Of a DNA stretch of 64,000 nucleotides, positions 52,601 to 64,000 are shown one piece after another (the stretch's first letter is position 1; every line of letters starts with the position of its first letter). The notes under the pieces were generated by a model. It saw nothing but the letters and a program-made list of their open reading frames with translations. It ran no database searches and was not told the DNA's origin. The position numbers were made by a program, and so were the translations under genes. The DNA comes from Macrostomum lignano (taxonomy: Eukaryota), in contig NIVC01002820.1 of assembly GCA_002269645.1 (NCBI GenBank), positions 62,001 through 126,000 of the forward strand. Reading direction: 5' to 3'.

Positions 52601-55600
52601 TTCCAAGAAATTCAACTGCTCCAGTTTCTAGGAATCAGTACTGAAGCCTATTTCCAAGAAATTCAACTGCTCCAGTTTCTAGGAATCAGTACTGAAGCCT
52701 ATTTCCAAGAAATTCAACTGCTCCAGTTTCTAGGAATCAGTACTGAAGCCTATTTCCAAGAAATTCAACTGCTCCAGTTTCTAGGAATCAGTACTGAAGC
52801 CTATTTCCAAGAAATTCAACTGCTCCAGTTTCTAGGAATCAGTACTGAAGCCTATTTCCAAGAAATTCAACTGCTCCAGTTTCTAGGAATCAGTACTGAA
52901 GCCTATTTCCAAGAAATTCAACTGCTCCAGTTTCTAGGAATCAGTACTGAAGCCTATTTCCAAGAAATTCAACTGCTCCAGTTTCTAGGAATCAGTACTG
53001 AAGCCTATTTCCAAGAAATTCAACTGCTCCAGTTTCTAGGAATCAGTACTGAAGCCTATTTCCAAGAAATTCAACTGCTCCAGTTTCTAGGAATCAGTAC
53101 TGAAGCCTATTTCCAAGAAATTCAACTGCTCCAGTTTCTAGGAATCAGTACTGAAGCCTATTTCCAAGAAATTCAACTGCTCCAGTTTCTAGGAATCAGT
53201 ACTGAAGCCTATTTCCAAGAAATTCAACTGCTCCAGTTTCTAGGAATCAGTACTGAAGCCTATTTCCAAGAAATTCAACTGCTCCAGTTTCTAGGAATCA
53301 GTACTGAAGCCTATTTCCAAGAAATTCAACTGCTCCAGTTTCTAGGAATCAGTACTGAAGCCTATTTCCAAGAAATTCAACTGCTCCAGTTTCTAGGAAT
53401 CAGTACTGAAGCCTATTTCCAAGAAATTCAACTGCTCCAGTTTCTAGGAATCAGTACTGAAGCCTATTTCCAAGAAATTCAACTGCTCCAGTTTCTAGGA
53501 ATCAGTACTGAAGCCTATTTCCAAGAAATTCAACTGCTCCAGTTTCTAGGAATCAGTACTGAAGCCTATTTCCAAGAAATTCAACTGCTCCAGTTTCTAG
53601 GAATCAGTACTGAAGCCTATTTCCAAGAAATTCAACTGCTCCAGTTTCTAGGAATCAGTACTGAAGCCTATTTCCAAGAAATTCAACTGCTCCAGTTTCT
53701 AGGAATCAGTACTGAAGCCTATTTCCAAGAAATTCAACTGCTCCAGTTTCTAGGAATCAGTACTGAAGCCTATTTCCAAGAAATTCAACTGCTCCAGTTT
53801 CTAGGAATCAGTACTGAAGCCTATTTCCAAGAAATTCAACTGCTCCAGTTTCTAGGAATCAGTACTGAAGCCTATTTCCAAGAAATTCAACTGCTCCAGT
53901 TTCTAGGAATCAGTACTGAAGCCTATTTCCAAGAAATTCAACTGCTCCAGTTTCTAGGAATCAGTACTGAAGCCTATTTCCAAGAAATTCAACTGCTCCA
54001 GTTTCTAGGAATCAGTACTGAAGCCTATTTCCAAGAAATTCAACTGCTCCAGTTTCTAGGAATCAGTACTGAAGCCTATTTCCAAGAAATTCAACTGCTC
54101 CAGTTTCTAGGAATCAGTACTGAAGCCTATTTCCAAGAAATTCAACTGCTCCAGTTTCTAGGAATCAGTACTGAAGCCTATTTCCAAGAAATTCAACTGC
54201 TCCAGTTTCTAGGAATCAGTACTGAAGCCTATTTCCAAGAAATTCAACTGCTCCAGTTTCTAGGAATCAGTACTGAAGCCTATTTCCAAGAAATTCAACT
54301 GCTCCAGTTTCTAGGAATCAGTACTGAAGCCTATTTCCAAGAAATTCAACTGCTCCAGTTTCTAGGAATCAGTACTGAAGCCTATTTCCAAGAAATTCAA
54401 CTGCTCCAGTTTCTAGGAATCAGTACTGAAGCCTATTTCCAAGAAATTCAACTGCTCCAGTTTCTAGGAATCAGTACTGAAGCCTATTTCCAAGAAATTC
54501 AACTGCTCCAGTTTCTAGGAATCAGTACTGAAGCCTATTTCCAAGAAATTCAACTGCTCCAGTTTCTAGGAATCAGTACTGAAGCCTATTTCCAAGAAAT
54601 TCAACTGCTCCAGTTTCTAGGAATCAGTACTGAAGCCTATTTCCAAGAAATTCAACTGCTCCAGTTTCTAGGAATCAGTACTGAAGCCTATTTCCAAGAA
54701 ATTCAACTGCTCCAGTTTCTAGGAATCAGTACTGAAGCCTATTTCCAAGAAATTCAACTGCTCCAGTTTCTAGGAATCAGTACTGAAGCCTATTTCCAAG
54801 AAATTCAACTGCTCCAGTTTCTAGGAATCTGTACTGAAGCCTATTTCCAAGAAATTCAACTGCTCCAGTTTCTAGGAATCAGTACTGAAGCCTATTTCCA
54901 AGAAATTCAACTGCTCCAGTTTCTAGGAATCAGTACTGAAGCCTATTTCCAAGAAATTCAACTGCTCCAGTTTCTAGGAATCAGTACTGAAGCCTATTTC
55001 AAGAAATTCAACTGCTCCAGTTTCTAGGAATCAGTACTGAAGCCTATTTCCAAGAAATTCAACTGCTCCAGTTTCTAGGAATCAGTACTGAAGCCTATTT
55101 CCAAGAAATTCAACTGCTCCAGTTTCTAGGAATCAGTACTGAAGCCTATTTCCAAGAAATTCAACTGCTCCAGTTTCTAGGAATCAGTACTGAAGCCTAT
55201 TTCCAAGAAATTCAACTGCTCCAGTTTCTAGGAATCAGTACTGAAGCCTATTTCCAAGAAATTCAACTGCTCCAGTTTCTAGGAATCAGTACTGAAGCCT
55301 ATTTCCAAGAAATTCAACTGCTCCAGTTTCTAGGAATCAGTACTGAAGCCTATTTCCAAGAAATTCAACTGCTCCAGTTTCTAGGAATCTGTACTGAAGC
55401 CTATTTCAAGAAATTCAACTGCTCCAGTTTCTAGGAATCTGTACTGAAGCCTATTTCCAAGAAATTCAACTGCTCCAGTTTCTAGGAATCTGTACTGAAG
55501 CCTATTTCAAGAAATTCAACTGCTCCAGTTTCTAGGAATCTGTACTGAAGCCTATTTCAAGAAATTCAACTGCTCCAGTTTCTAGGAATCTGTACTGAAG

Positions 55601-55814
55601 CCTATTTCAAGAAATTCAACTGCTCCAGTTTCTAGGAATCTGTACTGAAGCCTATTTCCAAGAAATTCAACTGCTCCAGTTTCTAGGAATCTGTACTGAA
55701 GCCTATTTCCAAGAAATTCAACTGCTCCAGTTTCTAGGAATCTGTACTGAAGCCTATTTCCAAGAAATTCAACTGCTCCAGTTTCTAGGAATCTGTACTG
55801 AAGCCTATTTCAAG
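22681..55814. repeat. 51-bp satellite array, ~33.1 kb, ~650 head-to-tail copies
   Basis: Unit GAATCAGTACTGAAGCCTATTTCCAAGAAATTCAACTGCTCCAGTTTCTAG. The 60-nt lines recur every 17 lines (1020 = 20 x 51). Invariant core at ~35750-54820, with variants towards both edges. Confidence 0.98.
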
Positions 55815-56429
55815 CTCCAAGACTCTTCAAGAGATCGGTACTAAAGCCTATTTTATAAGAATCGCACCTGTTCCAGTTACTCGTACTAATATTCACTATC
55901 GAAGCCAATTTTCTTATCCTATTTTCGCTTTTCAAGAATCATCGAGGAAAGGTAACGACTTCTACGCCCTTGCCCGATGTTGACTCAGTTTCGAAACCTC
56001 AGTTTCGACAAAAATCTTAGGCCGTCCGTCATGTTGCTGGGCCAGTACTTGCGTACTGTAGAAAAAGACGACTACTTGACATCGTCGAGGGTTTCTGTTC
56101 CATAGAAGAGCCGCACCCTTCATCCGGTTTTTTAAACATTTATTCGCGTTTTCGGTAAACATCGTGTTAAAATGTGTGATTGCACGTATTAGAATTCGAA
56201 TAGCACGTACAAGTTTTGCAAATACGTTCGTGTGTGCTTTTGTTGCTTTATGTCGTTCTGACGACCACACTAACGCCAAAGTATCTTGCTGGGTGCTAAA
56301 GAAGAAGCTTATAAAACTGATCTTGCGTGTAACCTGCTAACAGTCATATGCAGTCTATAAACTTACCGCGGCTTATACATGTATTTAGTTCTTAGTTAAG
56401 CTGAACTGCTTTTATACAGCGCCGGTGTC

Positions 56430-59400
56430 ATGGAGTCGTTGCTCAGAGCTCCAATTATGCTGCTGTCGTTGCTGCTTCTTCTAGGGGTCTGTGCAGCAAG
56501 GCCTCACAGAGCCGACAAGACGAACAACGTCCACTCGGCCGACTTGCTGCCGCGACAGCCGCTCGCCAACGCCGTCAAGGCTGGCAACAAATTTGAAAAT
56601 TTTGTCCGGCCAAAACAATCTCACACGGCAAATTCCGCGACTGCAACTGGCCGCACCCGGGTCTGCAACCACAGCGGCTGCCTCAAGCAAGTACGAGAGA
56701 TACGTGGCAGGCCGTTGACGTAGTCAGCCTGCGGCGAAATAGGGCCTGCATCACAATTAGATTTTAGAAGTATAGAGTACGTGTGGTAATAGTTGTGTGA
56801 ATTCTGTCGCGCAATAAGAGCCGTTCTTCCCCTGAAAGTCAGATCCGACTCCCTCTCTCTCTAGCGGTACCGGTTGAGCTATGAGGATTGAGGAGATAGC
56901 CGGGTGGTCCGATATGCATCTGAAGCTTAATCACTTCAGAACCTCTCACCGCTTCTAACCACTCTTAGCTCGTATTAAAATTTATTGGGCTCCTAATCTC
57001 AAACAGACAGTTGAGATCTCAACCGTGAGTGGCGCGACGCCCAGCAGCGTGGCCGAGACTGCGAGCGCTGCGGAACCGGAAGCCACAAGCGCCGCCAGTG
57101 TCGAGACGCCGAGCGTGAGTGTACCAGAAGCGACAGGCCCGACATTGAGCACGGAGTCAACACAGACAGTTGAGAGCTCGACCGTGAGTGGCGCGACGCC
57201 CAGCAGCGAGACCGAGACTGCGAGCACTGCGTCTGCGTCTACTGTTTCCACTGCGGAACCGGAAGTGACAAGCGCCGCTCGTTCGACCTTATCATCAACA
57301 ACATCAACATTGGCATCGTTTTCTCGAAGTTCGAACCTTGATATTGTTGGCGTTACTGAAAAGTTGGATTTAGTGACAAAGTTTACTGTTTCTGGTATAA
57401 TATTTTTAATTTTAAGTGAAATACGTTTGTCTTATTTTCATCTGAGAAGTTTATTTAAGGACTTCGATAAAAATTGCAGTGTCGCAGCCCACTCCCACTA
57501 GAGAATATATTTTCATGCCGAAAATCGATTTCGGGGCAAGTATAGTTGTTTTTAATTAGGGCTTTGACTGTTTTGTGAATTGTTGAGATTTTACTGTTGT
57601 CTTTTTTTCTTGCAGAACGTTCGTGAAATCGCAAGTGAGTCGGTAACATCCGTTCTTTCTATTTTTCTCTTTTTAGCAATATCTTTGTCTGATTTTTTTT
57701 CAGTTACGGGAGAGCCAGACCAGGTTGATTATCCCTACCTGACTATTAACGATTCTGACAGATTTTCTAGATTGACCTACACTCCATGGTCGGAGGTATG
57801 TGCTGCTGGGTGATATTATTGTCATGAATTCAAAACCACTGAGATTGACTTTTATCAATACTTCTGCCTTTTACTGATCCCCCAGTGCATGTGCGACCAC
57901 AGCTCCAACGAGATCTATCAGACCAGGAAAATCATCTGCGTGAGCGTCTTCAACGAGTTGCTGCCCACCAGGACCTGCATGGATCAGCTCACCGAGGATT
58001 TCGCTTCGTATATGCTGCAGAGCTGCAGCTACAGGGACAACTGCGACCCGCTTGGACAGTCCACTCTGCACTGGGTGCCTGGAAACTGCAGCAGAGCTCT
58101 GGGTCTGCGGATCATGACGCCGTCTTGTCGAATTGGCGATCGCCAGGTGCCACTGAGCTTCTGCCGCAGCCAGGATGAGGGCCCCGCCTGGAAGAGTGCT
58201 CAGTGCGACCGGTCTAGTTGGGCTGGGTTAGACGAACCCGAGTTCCCGAATTTACGAGTACATCGCGTATTTGGTAATGCAATGTTTTATAAATTGTTTC
58301 TTTGTTTTTAGCGCCAACACTTCCCGGATGTGAACCGTCCAGCACAGCCCTCTCCTTTCGGTACTATTGTTTTTTGTCTTTTCAAAGCGTTCTTCTTGCA
58401 GTGCAGCGGGAATTTAAAGTGCTACGTGAAGTTTTTACTCTCGTTTGAGTTCCGCCTGTCTTTTCTGGCTTAATTTGGTTGTCTGGCAATTGGCTTGAGT
58501 TATCTTTGCCATATTGGTATTGGCTGAGCGGTGAAGCCATTACACCCCCTCTTCTGGCCGGTGTGTCAATCTTGTTTATCTCTGCCTCTAAGCTGGCCGA
58601 TTGTCCCGTCTCCCAACCCAACCCAGGCAGGCTGTGGCCGGAGGTCGAGGATTATTTTAGGACGACTGAGGCTAAGATTTAGCATCAATTTTGAATTTTT
58701 GATGTTTACCTGTTTGGATACCGAATTATAAGCACTTTATTACCCCCTCAATAGCGGGTGCCATTAACTTAAGGGCAGCAGCATGGGTAAAAAATTAACT
58801 TTAAAAATACAACAAATGTCCAAATTTTGAGGGACTGATTTTTCCGGTGAGCGCTGTCTCTAGAGTTATTTTTTCTCGAAGTGCCAGACCGCCATTTGAG
58901 GCTTTGCTCCGCCATCCAGCGCGTCCCAGCGCCTGGCGTACTTGGTTACATACTCAATAATTCTGGGTTCAAAGATCCCGACCGAGCACAGTTACTGCAT
59001 TCCTGTTGTATTCAAGTAGGGCAGAATTTAGGAATATGTTAGATATGCTTTTGCACTACTGTCAGTAGTTTTAGCCAGGGAATTGTGGCAGGGTAGATCG
59101 CTTATTTTGGGCTTCCTTATAGTTGACGCTCAGGGAAAAGCACCTTGAAAGTTACGCTCGTAGTTTTAACGTGCAAACAAGACCAAGAAGAGAACTAGGT
59201 AAGAGGCGGGGAAAATTTAGGGAATACTTAAAATACGTAAAAAGGGAAGGTATTCAATGCCACTAACAGAGCAGTAAAAAGGTAGTCAATGCCAACTATT
59301 ATTGCACCAATTTAACTCTCTGTAACTATTGCATGTTTAGACTTTTCTTTTACATCTTTAGAGCAATAAAAAGTGATAATTTCGGTTTCCTGTGTTGTTC

Positions 59401-59613
59401 TTTGATCGCTAAACTACTAGGATTAGGGAAATCAGGAAGCCTGGTGCCTGGTGGCAGCAACCTACGAATATAATCCACTAAATATTAAAATAGACAAATC
59501 AGTAGCCTAAACCGCGAGGACACACTTTTCCTATGCCAATACTATTTGTTTTAGTCACGGAAGTGCCGGACACCGTCGATTACCTCAATTTCAACGACCC
59601 TCCATGGTCGGAG
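56430..59613 (+). CDS. Secreted Ser/Thr-rich (mucin-like) protein with ADAMTS-type thrombospondin-1-like repeats; exons ~56430-56690, 57007-57394, 57704-57795, 57886-58273, 59555-59613; true 3' end uncertain
   Basis: Signal-peptide-like MLLSLLLLLGVCAA; S/T/A/E-rich exon; YTPWSE|CMCDHSSNEIYQTRKIICVSVFNELLPTRTC and HWVPGNCSRALGLRIMTPSCRIGDRQVPLSFC resemble TSP1 (W..W..C..R...C). Splice phases 0/1/0/1 are consistent. Confidence 0.65.
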
Positions 59614-60299
59614 GTAAGTGCCACCCATAAGAAATACTATTGTCGAAAGTTTTATTGGGTTTAGTTTTTTAATTAATGGCTAACGAGGCAGAGGTGATTT
59701 TCTGAATCAGAAGGAAGCCCAGATCTGGCGCGTTTCTTTCGATATTCGAGCTATGCTTCCAAAAGCTAATGGTAAAACCACAAATGTGGGAGATATTAGA
59801 AGCAGGCGAGGGTAGAGGTGAGAAAAAGCAGCAAATCATAAGTAAGAAAGGAGAGAGAGAGAAGAGGCCCACAGGCAAATGGACAGAAGGGAGAGCGGAG
59901 GAAAGAGTGGAGGTAAGCAGAAGAGTCGTACTAAGAGTTTGCACTGGGAACGTACGGGGGTGCAACTCGGACGCATGTACTCGTACATATATGTGGTCTT
60001 GAAACTATCGCACAGACAGGATGCAACGAGTTTCCACACAAGTTTGCGTATTGAGCTCAGTCTCAAGATTGAATAGTTACTGCCAGGTTTAGCTGAAACT
60101 CGTATACCTTAGGTAAATAGATTAGACTTCGTTTTATTATCTTTTTGTAACTTAATTTTCAGAAAGTTCAAGATATCACAAGTGAGTCAGTCATTTTGCT
60201 CTGCTCTTTCTATTCATCAGCTCCAACAATTCATTGTCCGCTGTTTCTTTCAGTTACGGGAGAGCCAGACCAGGTTGATTATCCCTACCTGACTATTAA

Positions 60300-62648
60300 C
60301 AGTAGAACTACCAAGGGGGGGGGGGGGAAATTTCCCCCCCCCCTGACAATTTTTTTTGCTGCGCCGGAACGGAGCAACTCAGGCACACGAAATTCAAGAA
60401 CACGGGCTAACTTTTTGTTGCGCACCTTCTCAAACAAGAATCAAGTCGCCAGCCCTCCGGACCGTCGAGATATTCGACGATTCTGCCAGAAGGTCGGATT
60501 TTTCCCATAAGCGCTAGTGTATTCAGTACACCCCTGTGCGCCAATCAGCACTGCGCCTCAGTGCAGCCTTGCCAAGTCTCCAAATTTCATCAGCACGTCG
60601 ACCACATGTGTCTGCATCAGTTCTGACTTCGTTGGTCACTAGCCTTTACCCAGGTGGAGCTTCTGGACCCTCAACAGCTGTGGCACCAGGTGACTATGGA
60701 CACCCTGATGCGGATTTCTCTAGTTTCGCCGATCAAGCCTCGACAGTGGGCAAGAATCAGCCGCCAGACATTCTCAGCTAGTCTCTCAAGCATTCCGTCA
60801 TCATCCGACGCCGTCGGCTCCTTCAACAGATTACACCAGGTGACTATGGACAGCCTGATAAGAATTTCTCTAGTTTCGCTGATCAAGCCTCGACAGTGGG
60901 CAAAAATCAACTGCTGGACATCCTCAGCTAGTCATTCAAGCATTCAGCCATCACCCCGACGCCGTCGGCACCTTCAAAGGTGGCACCAGGTGACTATGAA
61001 GATCCTGTTGGAACTATATCAGATTTTTCTTATCAAGCTTCAATAATGGGCAAATCTCACTGCCGGACATTCTCAGCTAGTTTCTCGAGCCTTCAGTCAT
61101 CATCCCGACGCCGTCGGCACCTTCAACAGATTACACCAGGTGACTATGGACACCCTGATGCTGATTTCTCTAGTTTCGCCGATCAAGCCTCGACAGTGGG
61201 CAAGCCTCAACTTCTGAAAACCCTCAGCTAGTCTCTCGAGCCTTCCGTCACCACCCCGACGCCGTCGGCACCTTCAACAGATTACACCAGGTGACTATGG
61301 ACATCCTGTTGCAAATATGTCAGATTTTTCTTATCAAGCTTCAATAATGGGCAAACCTCAACCCACGGACATTGTTAGCTAGTTTCTCGAGCCTTCCGTC
61401 ACCACCCCGACGCCGTCGGCACCTTCAACAGGTGGCACCAGGTGAGTAAGGACACCTGAGCGTGATTTTTCATCATGCTCTTAACATTTCTGAAGCTCTC
61501 AAATTTTTTAAGCACGGACATTGCTATTGTTAAGCTTGAATTCATGTTGCTGTATATGTATATTATTATTACACATACTTTTATACATACGAGCTACATA
61601 CATACTTTATTTGACAAGCTGTTTAGTTTATTGAACTATAATATAAGAACCCAATAATAATATAAATATACAGCAACATGAGTTCAAGCTTAACTATAGC
61701 AATGTCCGTGCTTAAAAAATTTTGAGAGCTTCAAAATGTTAAGCGCATGATGAAAAATCACGCTCAGGTGTCCTTACTCACCTGGTGCCACCTGTTGAAG
61801 GTGCCGACGGCGTCGGGATGATGACTGAAGGCTCGAGAAACTAGCTGAGAATGTCCGGCAGTGGAGATTTGCCCATTATTGAAGCTTGATAAGAAAAATC
61901 TGATATAGTTCCAACAGGATCTTCATAGTCACCTGGTGCCACCTTTTGAAGGTGCCGACGGCGTCGGGGTGATGGCTGAATGCTTGAATGACTAGCTGAG
62001 GATGTTCAGCAGTTGATTTTTGCCCACTGTCGAGGCTTGATCAGCGAAACTAGAGAAATTCTTATCAGGCTGTCCATAGTCACCTGGTGTAATCTGTTGA
62101 AGGAGCCGACGGCGTCGGGATGATGACGGAATGCTTGAGAGACTAGCTGAGAATGTCTGGCGGCTGATTCTTGCCCACTGTCGAGGCTTGATCGGCGAAA
62201 CTAGAGAAATCCGCATCAGGGTGTCCATAGTCACCTGGTGCCACAGCTGTTGAGGGTCCAGAAGCTCCACCTGGGTGAAGGCTAGTGACCAACGAAGTCA
62301 GAACTGATGCAGACACATGTGGTCGACGTGCTGATGAAATTTGGAGACTTGGCAAGGCTGCACTGAGGCGCAGTGCTGATTGGCGCACAGGGGTGTACTG
62401 AATACACTAGCGCTTATGGGAAAAATCCGACCTTCTGGCAGAATCGCCGAATATCTCGACGGTCCGGAGGGCTGGCGACTTGATTCTTGTTTGAGAAGGT
62501 GCGCAACAAAAAGTTAGCCCGTGTTCTTGAATTTCGTGTGCCTGCGTTGCTCCGTTCCGGCGCAGCAAAAAAATTGTCAGGGGGGGGGAAATTTTTCCCC
62601 CCCTCTTGGTAGTTCGACGGGCGGAAAAATGGCTTGGTATTCCTACTG
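60300..62648. mobile_element. Foldback-type non-autonomous DNA transposon, 2349 bp, TTAA target-site duplication
   Basis: The empty site in the paralog (ACTA-TTAA-CGATTC) becomes ACTA-TTAA-[CAGTAG...CTACTG]-TTAA-CGATTC. Inverted arms ~60300-61570 and ~61653-62648 flank an ~80-bp AT-rich spacer. Confidence 0.9.
60684..61442 (+). repeat. ~150-bp tandem repeats within the foldback arms (5 units on the left; 3 inverted units at ~61780-62240)
   Basis: CACCAGGTGA recurs at 60684, 60834, 60984, 61134, 61285 and 61436. Each unit contains the hairpin CCGAC-GCC-GTCGG. Confidence 0.9.
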
Positions 62649-64000
62649 TTAACGATTCTGACAAATTTTCCAGATTGACCTACACTCCATGGTCGGAGGT
62701 ATGTGCTGCTAGGTGATATTATTTTCATGAAGTCAAAACCACTGAGATCAACTTTTATCAATAATTCTGCCTTTACCTATCCTAAAGTGCATGTGCGACC
62801 ACAGCTCCAACGAGAGCTATCAGACCAGGGAAATCATTTGTGTGAGTATCTTCAACGACTTGCTGCCCACCAGGACCTGCATGGATCAGCTCACCAAGGA
62901 TTTCGCTTCGGATATGCTGCAGAGCTGCAGCTACAGGGACAACTGCGACCCGCTTGGAGAGTCCACTCTGCACTGGGTGCCTGGAAACTGCAGCAGAGCT
63001 CTGGGTCTGCGGATCATGACGCGAGCTTCTGCCGCAGCCAGGATGAGGGCCCCGCCTGGAAGAGTGCTCAGTGCGACCGGTCTAGTTGGGTTTGAGGATC
63101 CCTGATACTGAAGTAAACTATTTTCTGCCCTAAAGTTTCTATCCGGCTTTGAATGCATTACCAACCCACTGAAAACGCTCAAGCAAGCAAAGTTGATCAT
63201 ACAACTCAAGTCTCAAGCCAATAGCAAACAGTAATGCAACATGGAAACATCTCCCAAACCGAAAGCCTGAATACTTGTAATGCTGTACAAACCCTGTAAA
63301 CCAAGCAAGAAGCTTTCTCGCTTCACCCTCTCGCCATCGCTCACTGTCGCGTTCTCGCGCACTTGCGTTAAGTAATTTCTGACCTGAATAGACAATTTCA
63401 GAAGATATCCAAACTACTCCCCTCCCCTCCATATACCATATCAAACTATTGGTTGGCCCTGACAACAGGAACTTTGAGCGAACCGAAATAATCGGAAACT
63501 TTTTACTCGAAGTGTGTTCTCCTGTGTTATACTTTCTTTTGTTCCATCAAAATCACTGTGATAAAAGAGCCAAATTACATTCGACTGTACCTAAATCACC
63601 CTGTGATCGCATCGTCAGTAAAAGTGAGTTGAATCTGCCGCCTTACGCCGCCTTAGTTATTTGGCTCTAATACTCGCAATAGAAATTATAGACAGAGTCA
63701 CTGTAGCAAGAATCCCAGATAAGAGACGTTACGTCACGGTTCGAAGCTCCAAAGCGCACAGGATATTACAGAAAAAAAAAATTATCTACCTTACTGGTTT
63801 ACCTTTAGGATTGATTGATCAGCCCGTTGACTTCATTTGGTCCATTGATTTGGTGAGAAGTTGGTCAATTTGACCAAAAATTCCAACGTTTCAGGTGACT
63901 GACCAACTTTGATTAGAATGGTTGGCTGGATTGACAAAATGTTGGCTAACTCTTGGTGGAAAAAATGTTGGCATTGTTTTTCAACTGTTGGCATTGCCGC

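Larger units (their letters stand above)
60163..63090 (+). pseudogene. Decaying duplicate of the 57616-58230 exon module, interrupted by the foldback element
   Basis: 60254-60299 plus 62653-63090 nearly match 57704-58225. They carry a 2.35-kb insertion, a 34-bp frameshifting deletion (ATGACGC|GAGCTTC) and lose homology after CTAGTTGGG. Confidence 0.8.

Noticed and set aside
22681-55814. CRISPR array interpretation of the 51-bp periodic region
   Set aside because: The units are head-to-tail with no unique spacers, there are no cas genes, and the context is intron-containing eukaryotic DNA.
56640-56690. Neprilysin/M13 call from RVCNHSGCLKQ
   Set aside because: Only a CxxxxC resemblance; no HExxH or other M13 sequence follows in the window.
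58382-58621. Minus-strand 79-aa ORF and the purine-rich block at 59770-59930 as possible element relics
   Set aside because: No recognisable motifs, termini or second copy in the window.
59440-59470. TGGTGGCAGCAACCTACG, similar to the PBS-like stub at 10717-10700
   Set aside because: A match of about 15 bp with no adjoining LTR or internal-domain evidence.
60536-62761. ORFs such as APGDYGHPDADFSSFADQAST in the foldback arms
   Set aside because: They are mirrored on both strands because of the palindrome, each 150-bp unit carries a TAG and frame slips, and there are no transposase motifs.
63850-64000. TTGGTCAATTTGACCAA palindrome and AAATGTTGGC repeats at the right edge
   Set aside because: Possibly the start of another repeat, but it is truncated by the window and too short to classify.

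Overview
Eukaryotic (animal, probably invertebrate) genomic DNA with spliceosomal GT-AG introns; no prokaryotic features. The species cannot be determined from the sequence. Left to right: a decayed non-LTR retrotransposon (1-1060); a 3-exon gene fusing 23 ankyrin repeats to a Mab-21/cGAS-like nucleotidyltransferase with an apparently intact acidic triad (3191-7990, the most interesting item, split across four ORFs in the supplied track); a 4-exon gene of unknown function whose introns hold an LTR-like element, a MITE and a deleted mariner (9134-14326); an RTE-type fragment; WDR12/YTM1 with minisatellite-filled introns (18875-22390); a ~33 kb, ~650-copy 51-bp satellite (22681-55814); and a secreted Ser/Thr-rich, TSP1-repeat gene whose duplicated downstream module is interrupted by a 2.35-kb TTAA-targeting foldback element. 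Two genes each carry a single-G deletion in a G run, which suggests consensus indel errors. All exon models were assembled by hand from splice signals and phase checks, without database searches.
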